This document shows positions 63,601 to 64,000 of a stretch of DNA of 64,000 nucleotides, in pieces. The notes beneath the pieces were generated by a model. That model searched no databases. It saw nothing but the letters and a program-made list of their open reading frames with translations, and was not told the origin of the DNA. The translations under genes and the position numbers were made by a program. This DNA is from Acanthaster planci (taxonomy: Eukaryota): NCBI RefSeq assembly GCF_001949145.1, contig NW_019091358.1:3754569-3818568 (forward strand), given 5' to 3'. The first letter of the stretch is position 1. Each line of letters starts with the position of its first letter.

Positions 63601-63753
63601 TATATTTTTGGTCCCGTTTTGAGCAGGATACTGGCAGTTCTGGATGTGGTACTATCATTGTCCCTGGAGAGTTATTATACCTCAACAGCAGTGAATATAA
63701 CATCTGGAACAGCAGACTCCAAGTGGATGTCAATTTCACCGAAGATGCAACTG
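48521..63753 (+). CDS. Gene 2 (3'-partial, 8 exons seen): second A2M-family protein, signal peptide and N-terminal MG domains
   Basis: Phase-compatible exons with YLVISP, VQTDKPIYKPGQ, FRV, RxxQW, LGEWKI, FKVDEYVLPKFE, YTYGQPVRG, EDATG. Confidence 0.88.
48974..49176. mobile_element. hAT-like MITE
   Basis: TIR cagtggcgtagc / gttatgccactg; 8-nt TSD gactggtg / gactagtg. Confidence 0.65.
49604..49860 (+). mobile_element. tRNA-derived SINE-like copy with internal insertion
   Basis: A-box-like tagctcacttggtaa and B-box-like ggttcaaatccc about 200 nt apart; tail ...gtcaatttctttgtt also seen reversed near 48690-48722 and degenerate near 1195-1222. Confidence 0.45.
54958..55159 (+). CDS. Gene 2 exon 2, MG1
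   Basis: LTPYPFGYLVISPKVLFAGQEESICITI...TCSRVE. Confidence 0.85.
55588..55800 (+). mobile_element. Degenerate SINE-like element
   Basis: tRNA-like head (tggccttgtggtt...ggtttgaattc) followed by cttgagca...catccagggg body resembling invertebrate SINEs. Confidence 0.35.
56873..57041 (+). CDS. Gene 2 exon 3
   Basis: VPTLDESPK...TYVQTDKPIYKPGQP. Confidence 0.9.
57221..57432. mobile_element. MITE-like inverted-repeat element
   Basis: gtgacccacc...aagtaggtaact / agttacctactt...tggggtcac. Confidence 0.55.
57781..57833 (+). CDS. Gene 2 exon 4
   Basis: VMFRVLTLDSDLKPDKTA. Confidence 0.85.
58298..58484 (+). CDS. Gene 2 exon 5, MG2
   Basis: TSDIWVETPSGIRVVQW...PPLGEWKI...FKVDEY. Confidence 0.9.
60466..60550 (+). 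CDS. Gene 2 exon 6
   Basis: VLPKFEITADLPPYILTDAEEFEVRICA. Confidence 0.9.
61663..61780 (+). CDS. Gene 2 exon 7, MG3
   Basis: YTYGQPVRGSYSADI... Confidence 0.88.
63627..63753 (+). CDS. Gene 2 exon 8
   Basis: DTGSSGCGTIIV...LQVDVNFTEDATG (A2M EEGTG equivalent). Confidence 0.82.
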
Positions 63754-64000
63754 GTAATTTTTTTCTACAATGCTAAGCTCAGTAGAATTGCTATTTTTCC
63801 AACAACTTTTAGGTTGCACTGTACTGTGTCATTAGTTAGCTTTGTATCACAGATAGAGTATTTGTAAGCCACCATTTCCTCACTGGGCAAAGCAACATTG
63901 AAAGAATTTTTTACATGTGTGCAGTATTTAACTTGCATAAGACAACAGTCTTCATATATGGATGAGTGATCAATGTTGCATGTGATAAAATTCCATGCTA

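Overview
Eukaryotic (invertebrate animal; species not identifiable from sequence alone) genomic DNA containing two tandem + strand alpha-2-macroglobulin-family thioester protein (TEP) genes. Gene 1 starts upstream of the window and can be spliced by hand through 51 GT-AG exons (1..44394, 7503 coding nt, frame-consistent, about 2500 aa in window). It has an intact GCGEQ thioester, a C3-type catalytic His and an RRKR processing site. Instead of stopping after the receptor-binding (MG8) domain it continues through about 1620 aa: a Pro-rich RGD linker, fibulin-like calcium-binding EGF modules, 3 Kunitz domains, at least 16 WAP domains (7 in a young tandem array interrupted by a LINE) and a terminal NTR/C345C-like domain. 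I do not recognise this architecture from any described TEP. Gene 2 (signal-peptide exon at 48521) is a second A2M-like gene running off the right edge. Introns hold several MITEs (piggyBac-, Tc1/mariner- and hAT-like), SINE-like fragments and a minisatellite, and there is a 487-nt assembly gap. All exon models are manual and have no transcript support.
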